A program made the position numbers and the translations under genes. The notes beneath the pieces are model-generated. The model was not told where the DNA came from. It made no database searches and saw nothing but the letters and a program-made list of their open reading frames with translations. Positions 12,001 through 23,216 of a DNA stretch of 46,631 bases are shown here, in pieces. The stretch comes from Chiloscyllium plagiosum (lineage: Eukaryota). The first letter of the stretch is position 1, and the number at the start of each line of letters is the position of its first letter. The DNA lies in assembly GCF_004010195.1 (NCBI RefSeq), contig NC_057719.1:31948920-31995550 (forward strand), given 5' to 3'.

Positions 12001-12165
12001 TTTTCTGACAGGGTCCTGGAGGTTCTGATAGACAAGGTGGCACAAAGGAGAGTTGTCCTATTCCCATGCCAGCTTGGTATGAGGTTGCCACATGGGTCAG
12101 TGCCACTTCAAGGTTGTGGAGGAATGGCCAGTAATGCAGGAAAAATGTTACTGTGTTCTGCCAAG
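12001..12165 (+). mobile_element. Decayed Myb/SANT-like coding remnant of a PIF/Harbinger-type DNA transposon
   Basis: Frameshifted FSDRVLEVLIDKVAQRRVVLFP / AWYEVATWVSATS..RNGQ*CRK / LLCSAK followed by the donor AAG|GTGAGT; matches the Myb_DNA-bind_5 pattern. Confidence 0.6.
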
Positions 12166-12264
12166 GTGAGTGTCACACTGTTCTGTCTGCCATTCTCTCT
12201 ATTGCCTGCAACATTTTCCATCACCCACTCTCCCTCCTCAACATCACACATCACTATAATAAAA

Positions 12265-12343
12265 GTGAAATGCCATGGATGCTGATAATCTGAGATAAAA
12301 ATGGAAAGTGGTGGAGAAACTCAGCAGGTTGAGCAGCCTCTGT
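12265..12343 (-). mobile_element. Degenerate PLE-type terminal fragment
   Basis: Reverse complement resembles gctgc..acctgctgagtttctcca..tcaga..cagcatcc as at 19570-19650. Confidence 0.5.
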
Positions 12344-12914
12344 GACCCCATCTTTGCGAACACTCTGACCAGATTGCTTAACAGAGGCTGGTGTAGGAAG
12401 CTGCCGTTAAATTACTGTGCCAGGAGCCCCTGACTGAAAAGAGCTCCATGGATGTCATCATGACCTATCTCCTGAAGCATTTGCACCATGGTTGCCTCCT
12501 TGCTGTACATGCAGTAGAGTGAGATAGATGTAGCACACTGCCATTCTATAAGATGTGCGACCCTAGACTTGGGGCTTCTTAGCCTAAGGTAAGCTGCCTG
12601 TTTGTGTGACCATGTGAATTGGCATGGCAATGCATAGCCAAAATGGCATGGCAGGTAGGAACTAGGTGAGAAAATGTTAAGAGAGCAAATGACCAGCCTA
12701 GTCCAATGCGAAGTATCCCCACTGCAACGTTTCAATGCCAGTTAAAATGTAAATGTGTGCTTCCTGACAGAGCACACTGTCAGTAGAAGTGTCAGGATGG
12801 TTGTGTGGGTTAGCTGGTACTAAATGCCAATGTCCATGGGGGAAGAATGCATGTGCTAATGCCATTGATCATGTCATGGGCTGCAGTTTGGTTGCAAATC
12901 ATGGATATCATGAA

Positions 12915-13745
12915 AATAGTTGGCTGGACAGCTGGTTTGTGATGCAAAGTGATACTAATAACTTGAGTTCAACATCTGCACCAGCTGAAGTTACCATGAA
13001 AGACTTCTCTTTCCCATCCTCTCCCTTCACCTGAGGCACAGTGACTCTCAGCTTAAACCACCACCAGTTGTCTCTCTTGTTGCTTGGTTACTGCCGTCAA
13101 CAACAATTATTGGCTCGAGGACAAGAGTCAAGTATGACTCAAGTAACCACCAATTAGTCTCGTTAAAACAGACATACCGTTTGGTCAAATGGTTAACAGC
13201 AGGCATGCAATTCACACAAGGCTAGAAGCTAAGCACACCCCCACTGGTTTCCATGACATTTGCTCCTGAACAGTTAACAAATATAATAGCTAATACCCAA
13301 GAATAGAAGCTCATGCTGGCTAGGCGATTTCTCCCAGGTTTTAGGGTTATCTCCGCACTTCCAAGCATGGGACCCACAATATCCAACGTTTTCACTGCTG
13401 ACATGCTGAAATCCTTCATTTTTATCCTTTTTCCTTATCTTTCTGAACTGTGATGTCTTGCCCTTGTTGGTTCTTAGCACATCTGGCGAGCTGGTGTCTT
13501 TCCACTGCAGGATCTCTCCAAGGACACCTTTAGGATTACCTCATTATTCTACCACCAAATAAAGATTTACACTTGCATCAATTCTCTGAGTTGAACCAGT
13601 TCAAGCCAGCCCAATCCAGAGGCTGGGGGCTCAGGTAACTTCAGTTCACAAGCTCACTGTCCTTATATGTGAGCAGCCCCTGGCCAACACTCTCCAATGA
13701 GAGAGGAGCCTGATGGTGTGGGAGGACAACAGTAACTTTCCCTTT
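12915..13745 (+). mobile_element. tRNA-derived SINE (family 3), split by a solo LTR
   Basis: 12915-13077 joined to 13690-13745 aligns with the uninterrupted copy at 24585-24783 (agttggctgga..gtgatgc.agtgat..gttcaa..gttacc..ctctct..gagag.agcc..atggt). Confidence 0.65.
13078..13689. mobile_element. Solo LTR, 612 bp
   Basis: Starts tgttg and ends caaca (5-bp perfect inverted termini). 4-bp TSD ctct at 13074-13077 and 13690-13693; removing it restores the host SINE. Orientation unresolved. Confidence 0.75.
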
Positions 13746-14293
13746 ATATTTGTCAATTCCTAACAGTCACAGTACTTGAGATCTTCACACTTGTTCTTTT
13801 GAGAACATACCGGGACTTCAGTTAAATCAAGAGGTGGAGAAGGAGAGAAGCTTCTGCCATCCCCACTTTGTCTGTAACATTGGTTGAACATCCTGGGTTG
13901 TAGCTGCTGGTTGTTGACAGTTATTCTCCTCCACGGTATTTAATGTAGATAACTTTGCTGTAAAATTCACCAAAACCTTCCTCCTTTTCACAACATCAAC
14001 TTACCTGCTTGCACTGGGGTTCCAGCCAGCTTTAAATAACGATGAAGCAAACCTTTCCTAAATTTAAACTTTCTGCACAAAATAGTGCAACTAAGAAGCA
14101 GAAAACAAAAGAGTTGATACCTGTTCCATGATTTGCTGAGTATTTATTCATAGGATCAAGTTTAGAAGGCAAGGCAAAAATGTGCTACTGCTGTATTATT
14201 ATAAATGGAAAAGGTTACACCCTCTTGATATACAGAAAGCAATTGAAATCTTGACTAGAGTATACATGTGGTCATCACCTTTTCTTCTTTATA

Positions 14294-14636
14294 TTCATTC
14301 ATTCAATGAGGGTGTCACTAGGTCAGTATTTATTCCCTATCCCTAATTGCCCAAGGGCAGTTAAGAGTCAATCACATTGCTGTGGGTCTGAAGTCACATA
14401 TGGGCCAGGTCAGGTCCGGATGGCAGGTCCCTCGCCTAAAGGACATTAGTGAACCAGATGGGGTTTTCCTAACAATCATCAATGAATTAATTGTTATCAC
14501 GAGACTATTAATTCCAGACTTTTATGAATTCACATTCCACCTCTGTCGTGGCGGGATTAGAACCCGGGCCACCGGAACATTATGAGAATCTCTGGATTAA
14601 GAGTCCAGTGAAAATACCACTGGGCCTTTGCTTCCC
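14294..14636 (-). mobile_element. tRNA-derived SINE (family 2) whose tail matches the CR1/L2-group LINE at 5862/40400
   Basis: Minus strand: ggcccagtggt (A-box-like), gggttctaatccc (B-box-like), tail gggcaattagggat..aataaata..gaatgaatgaa. Confidence 0.75.
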
Positions 14637-14819
14637 TTTCATGTATGTGATACATTTATCATAAAAATGATAACTTAAATAAAAATGTATCTCAGCATAT
14701 ATGTTTAGGAATATATTTATCAATTATAAGGAAATAATGATTGTTTGGATGCTTTAATACTCATGCTATAGAAACATAACATGAAATACAATATTTTATT
14801 TAAATTAAAGGAACAGCAT

Positions 14820-15112
14820 GGGCGAGCACAGTGGCACAGTGGTTAGCACTGCTGCCTCATAGCGCCAGGGACCTGGGTTCAATTCCCGCCTCAGGCGACT
14901 GACTGTGTGAAGTTTGCATGTTCTCCCTGTGTCTGTGTGGGTTTGCTCCAGTTTCCTCCCACAGTCCAAAAATGTGCAGGTTAGGTGAATTGGCCATGCT
15001 AAATTGCCTGTTGTCTTAGGTGAAGGGGTAAATGTAGGGGAGTGGGTTGCAGGTCGGTGTGGACTTGTTGGGCCGAAGGGCCTGTTTCCACACTGTAAGT
15101 AATCTAATCTAA
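14820..15112 (+). mobile_element. HE1-type SINE
   Basis: A/B boxes, HE1 core, tail gggcctgtttccacactgtaag(taatc)n. Confidence 0.93.
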
Positions 15113-15356
15113 TAATGAATTTATACTTGTATTTATGTGAAGTTGTCCTGTCATCATTAACATTCTACATTCAACGTACTATTGGTGCTTAGCCTCTTGA
15201 GATTGTGGTGTTACCTGAAGACAGTAGCTAAGCTGTTCAGTTCTGCAATCATTCAGAACATCTCCTGGTTGACGTGCAAATTCTGCAGCTCCTGATGCAG
15301 GTTAACATCATAGTTATTCTGGATATAGGTTTGCTCGCTGAGCTGGAGGTTCATTT

Positions 15357-15396
15357 TCAGACGTTTCATCACCATACTAGGTGACATCTTCAGTGA
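15357..15396 (-). ncRNA. Minimal hammerhead ribozyme motif (family B, antisense arm)
   Basis: Exact reverse complement of 15495-15534. Confidence 0.7.
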
Positions 15397-15494
15397 GCAT
15401 CTAGACGAAGTACTGTTGACGGTTCTTGCTTTCTATCTTATAATATTTTTATAAATTGAAAGCAGGAACCATCAGCAGTGCTTCTTCTGGAGGC

Positions 15495-15534
15495 TCACTG
15501 AAGATGTCACCTAGTATGGTGATGAAACGTCTGA
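15495..15534 (+). ncRNA. Minimal hammerhead ribozyme motif (family B)
   Basis: TCA-CTGAAGA-T-GTCACC-TAGTAT-GGTGAT-GAAA-C-GTC-TGA: 3-bp stem I, 6-bp stem II, ACGT palindrome, GUC triplet. Confidence 0.7.
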
Positions 15535-15896
15535 AAATGAACCTCCAGCTCAGCGAGCAAACCTACATCCAGAACCTCAACCTGAGCTACAAATCTTCTC
15601 AAAACTCACTGTTACAATTATTGTGTGCTTGTTTTCTTGGAAAGATAGAAATAGCCTGGCTTAGGGAAAAGGAGTCAAAACAAGTGTCAGGTTAAAAAAA
15701 TAACTAATTATTCAAAATTTAATAAAACATTATTTTCAAAGGCTACTGCCTACACTCCAGTTGGGGAATACTCCTTATGATGTGATGTGGAACACTAGTG
15801 AGTTGGAATGAATCTCCATGATGAACACTGTTGTGAGGTGTAATTATAGGGTCAGAAAATATGGGAATAGATATAGTTTTGTGTCATCGACCGGGA

Positions 15897-16275
15897 TTGT
15901 TTTCCTTTACTTTATAGCAGAGAAGGCTGAGTGGGGACCTGATTGAGGTTTACTAAGTTATGAAGGGCATAGATAGGGAGAAACTTTTCCCCTTAGTAGA
16001 AGGATCAATAACAAGGGGCTCAGTTTTAAGGTAAGGGGCAGGAGGTTTAAAGGGGATTTGAGGAAAAAACAATTTCAACCAGAGGGTGATGAGTATCGGG
16101 AAGTCATTATCTAAAAGACAGGAACCATCACGAAATTTAACAAGTATTTATATATGCATTTGAAATGCAATAGTATGTTGGATAATGGGATCAGATAGAT
16201 AGATGCTTGACAACCAGTCTTGATACGATGGGCTAAAGGCCTTATTCCATGCTGTCAGACTCTAAATCTATGACT
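15897..16275 (+). mobile_element. Degenerate CR1 LINE 3' fragment
   Basis: QRRLSGDLIEVY.VMKGIDR motif and CR1 tail gggctaaaggcc..ttccatgctgt..ctatgact. Confidence 0.78.
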
Positions 16276-17019
16276 ATTATTTAATTGACTGATCCTGCAA
16301 GTGCAGGCCAGAAAAAAACAATATTGTTGCCTTATTTTCATTAAAATAGCTTTTCTTTAAAATAGCATTTCTTTAAAATAGCTACTATTGTCTTCTGTGT
16401 TTTAGCTACTGTGTTTTATTTTAATTCATACAGACAGCATGTTCATATTTTAGTATACATTATTTGCAAGATCTGTAATATCAGTTTGCAGCCCATTTTA
16501 ATTTTGATTGCATGGCGAACATTAATATACACAACTTGCACAGTAGAATATTAAAGTGCTCAATGGGATTTTGGCTGAGATGGTAAGTGGACTGTCTAGT
16601 GTGAAACTGTTCTGCTGATTCTCATGAGTTTCCTAAACTAACTGATATTAACTGAGATGGCAGTGAGAGGTCTTGCTAATGATCTTGGTGCTCAGGGCAA
16701 GAAGTGGAAAATTAAAGGCATGTCCTAATTCTGCTCACTCTTCAGTGGTTTCTGTTGGATATTATTTACACTACAGGAGGACAGCATTGAATTCAATTAT
16801 GATGCTCACTGCTCATTTCTGCAAACCTGGTTAACCTGCTAATAGCCACTGTCGACATACAATCGGAGGGTTGGGGGAGGAACGGGGATGCTGCTGTCAG
16901 AAGGTTTCACAAAGATTGGATCTGAATACCAGTGAGGATCAGTGCCTGCAATGACAAGAGTGACGAGCTTAAAATGTAGAAAGCTCCAAACAGTGGAAGT
17001 GTAAAACATATTCTAGGTA

Positions 17020-17322
17020 CGGCACAGTGGCTCAGTAGTTATAACTGTTGCCTCATGGTGTCAATTTGTTTCCAGCTTCGGGCAACTGTCTGTGGGGAGT
17101 TTGCACTTTCTCCCCATGTCTGTGTAGGTTCCACCAGGTTCTATGATTTCCTTCCACAGTCCAGAGATGTGCAAGTCTATGCGCAATAGCCCTGTAGTGT
17201 GTGCAGGCTAGGTGGGCTAACGGAGTAAATGTGAGTTTATAGGGATAGGATGTGATGCTCTTAGGAAGATGCAGACTCAAAGGGCCAAATGGCCTCTATT
17301 TGTACTGTAGGGATTCAATGAT
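17020..17322 (+). mobile_element. Older, diverged HE1-like SINE
   Basis: cggcacagtggctcagt head, ctgtctgtggggagtttgcac core, tail ..actgtagggatt. Confidence 0.75.
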
Positions 17323-17489
17323 ATTTCCTATGGAATAAAAAGCCAAAAAGGCAAATTTGTACTTACATTGGGTTATGTTGTGCCTCAAAGCAGTTTTCAG
17401 CCAATTAAGTACAATGCTTTTAAAGTGTAGTTGCTTCTGTAATGTAAGAAACAAAAGTTACATTGAAAGAAATAGCCTTGAATCAGCCA

Positions 17490-17630
17490 CAAAGATTTTT
17501 GCTCAGCAAGAGAGTAAAAGGTTATTGGATAGATGGGAATATAGATTTGAGGTTACAATCAGATTAGCCATGATCTTATGACAGAACAGACTTGAAGGGT
17601 GGAATGGCCTACTCCTGTTCCTTGTTCATA
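17490..17630 (+). mobile_element. CR1 3'UTR remnant
   Basis: atcagattagccatgatctt..gacttgaagggtggaatggcctactcctgttcct, like the other CR1 tails in the window. Confidence 0.6.
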
Positions 17631-18046
17631 CATTTATAAGTTCTTGGTTCATTGGAAACTTTTTCGCTATCATACTTAGGAAACCTTTGCACTACATTTT
17701 GTGATTCTCTTGATCTATTTGATTATGTGAAAAATTGCGTAAGTATATTATGTCCTTAGAAAGCAAGACAGATTCAAACAGGCCAATTATTGCTCCATCA
17801 GCTAACATTTTCAATGACAGTGTTATTTACTGGCAGCTACTTACAGATAACCTGCTGACCAATCCTTGATGTGGACTCTACTCAGACTACTGAGCTCCAG
17901 ACCTCATTTATAGTCTTGACTAAAAAAACTGAATACCAGGGATGATCTGAGACTATCCCTGACACCAAGGCAGCTCATGACTGAGTGTTGCATTTCACTG
18001 GAGAAAACTTTGAAGTCAATGGTGAACCAGGGAAAACCTGTTCATT

Positions 18047-18281
18047 GCTGAAAATGTGTTGCTGGAAAAGCGCAGCAGGTCAGGCAGCATCCAAGGAGCA
18101 GGAAAATCGACGTTTCGGGCATGAGCCCTTCTTTAGAAAAACCCTTCCTGAAGAAGGGCTCATGCCCGAAACGTCGATTCTCCTGCTCCTTGGATGCTGC
18201 CTGACCTGCTGCGCTTTTCCAGCAACACATTTTCAGCTCTGATCTCCAGCATCTGCAGTCCTCACTTTCTCCTCGAAGATT
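18047..18281. mobile_element. Fold-back PLE pseudo-LTR insertion (family A)
   Basis: Inverted arms ~18047-18138 and ~18145-18237 plus a 3' tail; TSD aaaacctgttcatt(g) at 18033-18046 and 18282-18295. Confidence 0.92.
18146..18177 (+). ncRNA. Minimal hammerhead ribozyme motif (family A, core intact)
   Basis: tc-CTGAAGA-AGGGC-TCAT-GCCC-GAAA-CGTC-ga. Confidence 0.62.
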
Positions 18282-18329
18282 AAAACCTGTTCATTGTCTG
18301 GTATCATTCCTATAACAGAGGAAGATGCT

Positions 18330-18605
18330 TGTGAGGAAGTCAATCATCTCAGTCCTGGCAGGCACTGTAGGAGTTCCTCAGAGTTCTGTCCTAGATCCAA
18401 CTATCTCCAGCTGCTTCACCAATCACCATCCTTCTATCATGACTTCAGAAGTGAGATGTTCACTGATGTTTGCACAGTGCTCAGTTCCATTTGAAACTCT
18501 GCAGGCAATGAAGAAATTTGTGTACAGATGCCGAGAGTCTAATTAACATGTAGGTTTGAGCTGATAAGTGGCAAGACATTCATTCCCAACAAGTGCCAGA
18601 CAATG
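18330..18605 (+). mobile_element. Degenerate LINE RT fragment (CR1/L2 group)
   Basis: GVPQSSVLDPTISSCFTNHHPS..EMFTDVCTV (RT motifs). Confidence 0.7.
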
Positions 18606-18665
18606 ATTAGAACCAGTCTGACCATTGTGGCACAGACTGTCTCACACAGGACAGTTCACACCTTA

Positions 18666-19101
18666 TAAAAGCAAATTACTGTGGATGCTGGAATCTGAAA
18701 CCAAAAGAGAAAATGCTGGAAACTCTCAGCAGGTCTGGCAGCATCTGTAAGGAGAAAAAAGAGCTGATGTTTCGAGTCTAACTGACCCTTTGTCAAAGCT
18801 CAAACCTTGTCATCAAACCTGCTGTCAAAGGGGGTGCTGTTGTCATCTGGCGTACTGACCTCTACCTCGCAGAGGCTGAGCGCCAACTCTCAGATTCCTC
18901 CTCCTACCTCCCTCTGGAGCATGACCACACCACTGAGCATCAAGCCATTGTCTCCAACACCATGACCGACCTCATTTCCTCCGGATGCCTCCCCCCCACA
19001 GCTTTGACAAAGGGTCAGTTAGATTCGACACGTCAGCTCTTTTCTCTCTTTACAGATGCTGCCAGACCTGCTGAGATTTTCCAGCATTTTCTCTTTTGGT
19101 T
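18666..19101. mobile_element. PLE insertion (family C): inverted terminal arms flanking an RT N-terminal fragment
   Basis: Arms ~18690-18800 and ~19000-19101 are inverted. The middle encodes NLVIKPAVKGGAVVIWRTDLYLAEAERQLSD (PLE 'DKG' motif). 15-bp TSD acag(t/c)tcacacctta at 18651-18665 and 19102-19116. Confidence 0.88.
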
Positions 19102-19530
19102 ACAGCTCACACCTTAAATGCATTATCTGGGCCGATATGACACCAATTGGTAAAGTTCACTTGAGAATGTAACTTTAAACTAGTCCAACACCAGCATCTC
19201 CAAATCAAGACTCACTCAACATATCTTGCTACATCATTTGTGTGCAGTTGGGAAGAGTCCATTTATCCAAAACCTGTCATCTCTTAACCATCTCTCGATG
19301 GTCTCAGCAAGAATTAGATCCTCAAAACTGTAAATGGCATTGTTACCTTCAGAATCAACATCACACATTAGTCACTCCCCATTGTGAAACAAGAGGACCA
19401 GATATCAAACAGTGCTGATATCCATATGCCAGTGATTTATTATAATTAATGTTTAAAAAAATCATAATTTGTTTATGTTTATGACAGAAAATGTTCTCAA
19501 ACCTATTCTAAAGCATTTTTTGTCATGAAT

Positions 19531-19660
19531 TCTAGAAGAGCCATTGGACTCGAAACATTAACTCTGTTTTCACTTCACAGGTGCTGTCAGATCTGCTGAG
19601 TTTCTCCAGCAATTTCCTTTCATGTTTGTTTCTAATCTCCAGGATCCACAGTTCTTGTTT
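19531..19660 (+). mobile_element. Degenerate PLE-type terminal fragment with decayed hammerhead
   Basis: gaagagccattggactcGAAAcattaactctg..gctgtcagatctgctgagtttctccagc, related to family C. Confidence 0.6.
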
Positions 19661-20502
19661 TATTTACAAGATTACTTTGTTAATTGTAAAGACATTTGGA
19701 ATGGCCTGAAAACATGAAACGTGCTATATTAATGCAAGTCTGTCTTTGTAATGTGGAAGACAGCTTAGTTGAGTGAATTGAAACAAGCCCTGTCCCACTT
19801 CTAATTCTTTGTCTAACACAGAACTGGGTGTTCTCATTCTGTAAGAATAAATACAAATGGTTTCCAGTCTGAAATGACACAACAAAGCCCTCTTAGAAGT
19901 CCTTCAGTAGAACTGTCTTAAACACTATTGAATTATTTGTCGAATTGGAGGATAGAACAGCAGCTGCCTTTTCTAAACCAGAAGAGAAAAAGCTTAATTA
20001 ACATTTTTACAATAAACATATCCATCTGCAGCCTTAGATGTAGTTATTATTTTGCTAATTGGAAAACTATGCAATGCTGCTGGGAAAGTCACTTCGAGTC
20101 TCATAAGAACCATACATGAATGGGAAAATTCCTTTGTTCAAACAAATTGAATAAAACGTTAATGATGAGCTTTGTTACACTTAATTAGTAAAAATACTGA
20201 AATAATTTTATTTGTTTAAAAATAGGAGTGCCTTATTGTTTGACAATCATGATTTCTTTTTGCCAAATAACCACACTTCACAAGCTAACCTTACAGAAAC
20301 TATTCCTTCTGGGTGACCAGCTTTTGTGAAATGCAAAACAAATAAATTTGTACTGCAGGAACAGTGATCAGATTGACAATTTTATTTTGCTTCGAAACCT
20401 CCATGTACACCATGGGCTTTCCTCTAACACATTGATTTCAGATACTGTACAAACATGATTTTCTGTCATCTTATACAGAGACTAACCTAATCCACCTGAC
20501 AG

Positions 20503-20612
20503 CAACTCATTCCACCTCATTTCCTCCTTGGCAGCAAAGAGCAAAATGTTAAAAAAATCCCACCATCCTGGAAAAATGCAGCTGTTAAAATACATTGCCT
20601 CCTCACAGGCAG
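20503..20612 (+). CDS. Candidate coding exon of an unidentified gene (QLIPPHFLLGSKEQNVKKIPPSWKNAAVKIHCLLTG-S)
   Basis: ctaac/ctaat branch-like motifs, ..ctgacag acceptor (alternative acceptor at 20534), open frame, strong CAG|GTATGT donor, phase 2. Not in recognisable repeat DNA. Confidence 0.35.
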
Positions 20613-20738
20613 GTATGTGACGGATAGGATAAGATTGTCGGTGATATCAATAACACAATGTTGTGCAGAACAACATTTGAATGGACAACACACGCATAGA
20701 TGAAGTTCATAACTTGTCTTTTCCGCCTTGTTTGAAAG

Positions 20739-20857
20739 TACGCCCCTGGATAAATCTAGCGAGAACACATCGGTGTCAGTGTTGAGAAAACTTTCAGACA
20801 CAGTAATCAAAATGGCTTGGCATTTGGAAAAGCGTAGACAAATTAGTGAAGGTCAGG
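20739..20857 (+). CDS. Candidate coding exon (S-TPLDKSSENTSVSVLRKLSDTVIKMAWHLEKRRQISEGQ)
   Basis: Branch-like ttcataac, pyrimidine tract, aag acceptor; frame joins the upstream candidate across a 126-nt intron. Donor cagg|gtaaat (or gaag|gtcagg at 20851). Several CpGs retained. Confidence 0.35.
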
Positions 20858-21258
20858 GTAAATTAATGATATCATATTGGGCTGACTGAGATGAAGAGCA
20901 ATTGGAAAAGGTGGTTGATACTGTGCATATAGACTTTTAGTAGGTGTTTTGACAAAGGATCATATAAAATACTTATAAACTCAGGGGCAAGAACATTAAA
21001 CACAGCACCCACAAGACCTTCACAAATGCATGTTTATAAATGTAAAATTATTATTAAGTGTTAAGTGAACAACAACTTACATTTATAGAGTGTCCATAAC
21101 ATGGTACAAGATTCCAAAGCTCCTAAATGAAGCTCTCAATGGTGAGAAAGTTATTTATTTTTTTCTTTTTATTAGCTTACATCTTTTGAGTTATTTTGAA
21201 GAGTATTTCAGTTTGTATTGTGACTATAAGAATGACAACAAACTCCTGTAATCTCAGG

Positions 21259-22130
21259 CATAGAGTCATAGAGATGCACTGCACGGAAACAGACCCTTCG
21301 GTCCAACTCATCCATGCCGACCAGACATCCTAACCAGCTTTTGACAAAGAGTCAGTTAGACTCGTAACATCAGCTCTTTTCTCTCCTTACAGATGCTGCC
21401 AGACCTGCTGAGAATTTTCAGCATTTCTCTTTTGATTTCAGATTCCGGCATCCGCAGCAATTTGCTTCTAACCTCGTCTAGTCCCATTTGCCAGCAATTC
21501 GCCCATATCCCTCTAAACGTTTCCTGTTTATATACCTATCCAGATGCCTTTTAAATGATGAAATTGTACTAGCCCCCACCACGTCCTCTGGCACCTTATT
21601 CCACACACGCACCACTCTCTGTTGCCCGTTAGGTCCCTTTTAAATCTTTCCCCTCTCACGCTAAATCTGTGCCCTCTAGTTCTTGACTCCCCTATCCCTG
21701 GGAAAAGACCTTGTCTAATTACCCTATCTATGCCCCTCATGATTTTATAAACCTCTACAAGGTCACTCCTCAGCCTCCAGGGAAAACAGCTCCAGTCTAT
21801 TCACCCTCTCCCTATAGCTCAAATCCTCCAATCCTGGCAACATCCTTGTAAATCTTTTCTGAACCCTTTCAAGTTTCACAACATCTTTCCGATAGGAAGG
21901 AGACCAGAACTGCACGCAATATTCCAAAAGTGGCCTAACCAATGTCCTGTACAGTCGCAACATGACCTCCCAACTCCTGTACTCAATGCTCTGTCCAACA
22001 AAGAAAAGCATACCAAATACCTTCTTCACTATTCTACCTACCTGCGACTCCACTGTTAAGGAACTATGAACTTGCATTCCTAGGTTTCTTTGTTCAGCAA
22101 CATACTCCAGGATCTTACCATTAAATGTAT
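21259..22130 (-). mobile_element. CR1/HER1-type LINE 3' fragment
   Basis: ORF 21763-22077 LYRTLVRPLLEYCVQFWSP..LERVQKRFTRMLPGL; tail (ctatga)-type repeats. Confidence 0.92.
21336..21467 (+). mobile_element. PLE terminal fragment (family C) nested in a CR1 tail
   Basis: Matches the arms of 18666-19101; ctaacc direct repeats at 21330-21335 and 21468-21473. Confidence 0.82.
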
Positions 22131-22506
22131 AAATTGCTACAGAAAGTTTAAAATTGGAATGTTGTCAAATTACGTCCCAATGTGGATCAGCAGTAATGGC
22201 TGTACCTGACCAGAACCAAGTTAGGGCGCAGCAAAGTTTTAGGTGTACTCAAGTTTATGGAGGGTGATGCTCAGGGAAGATTTGGAATGGTTGATCATAC
22301 TGAGGGCTTTAGAAACAGATGAAATGAGATGAGGCAGAAATTACAGGATTGGACCGAATGAATCCATGTGTCAGATACTGTTGAAACTTTAAGACCACTT
22401 ACGAGGAGCTATAACAGCATCACTTTAATTCAGCATTGAAGATTGTCCATTTGTTGGTAAATCCTTACAATGACATGAACTGAATGTTTCTACTAGTTTG
22501 CCCTTC

Positions 22507-22830
22507 CTTTTATGGGTTGTAAGCATTTCTGGTGAGGCCAGCATTTGTTGCCTGTCACTAATTGCCCTAGAAATAAATGGCTTGCTCGGCCATTTCAGAG
22601 ACCAATGTAGGGTTAACCACAATTGCTGTGGGTTTGCAGTTACATGTAGGCCAGACTGGGTAAGAATAAGTTTTAAGGAAATAAGTGAGCGCGATGGGTT
22701 TTTAACAATCATCAATGATAGTTTCATGGAAACATTACTAAGACTAGCTTTCAATTCCAGATCTTATTTATTCGTAGAAACTAAATTACTCCCATGTCAA
22801 CAGAGCATTACTTTGCGCCCCTGGATTACT
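22507..22830 (-). mobile_element. Degenerate SINE family 2 copy
   Basis: Aligns with 14294-14636 (taattgccc..attgctgtgggt..gatgggtttt..aacaatcatcaatga..aattccaga..ctggatta). Confidence 0.7.
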
Positions 22831-23216
22831 AGAGTCATAGAGTCATACAGCATGGAAACAGACCCTTCGATCCAACCAGTCCACGTTGACCATAATCCCA
22901 AACTAAACTAGTCCCATCTGCCTGCACTTAAGCCCATATCCCTCCAAACGTTTCTTATTCATGTACTTATCCAAATGTCTTTTAAGCGTTGTAACTGTAC
23001 TCACATCCACCACTTCCTCTGGAAGTTCATTCCCTACATGAACCACTCTCTGTGTAAAATACATTTCCGCTCACATCCTATTTAAATCTTTCTCCTCTCA
23101 CTTTAAACATATGCCCCCTACTTTTGAAATCCCTCACTCTAGGGAAAAGACAACTGCCATTCACCTTATCTATACCTCGCATGGTTCTAAAAACCTCTGT
23201 AACGTCACCCCTCAAC
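22831..23216 (-). mobile_element. CR1/HER1-type LINE 3' fragment
   Basis: agagtcatagagtcatacagcatggaaacagacccttc tail plus antisense ORF2 C-terminus. Confidence 0.85.

Larger units (their letters stand above)
15317..15610. mobile_element. Fold-back (palindromic) PLE-derived element (family B)
   Basis: Inverted arms 15317-15433 and 15458-15574 around an AT-rich spacer, plus an unpaired 3' tail to ~15610. Each arm carries a hammerhead motif. Confidence 0.8.

Noticed and set aside
13274..13510. Purine-rich minus-strand exon-like ORF
   Set aside because: Entirely inside the 13078-13689 solo LTR, with a weak acceptor.
16341..16383. 16-bp tandem unit ttaaaatagc(t/a)tttct, and similar short duplications at ~10932, ~38794 and ~41708
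   Set aside because: Ordinary slippage duplications with no spacers; not a CRISPR-like or functional array.
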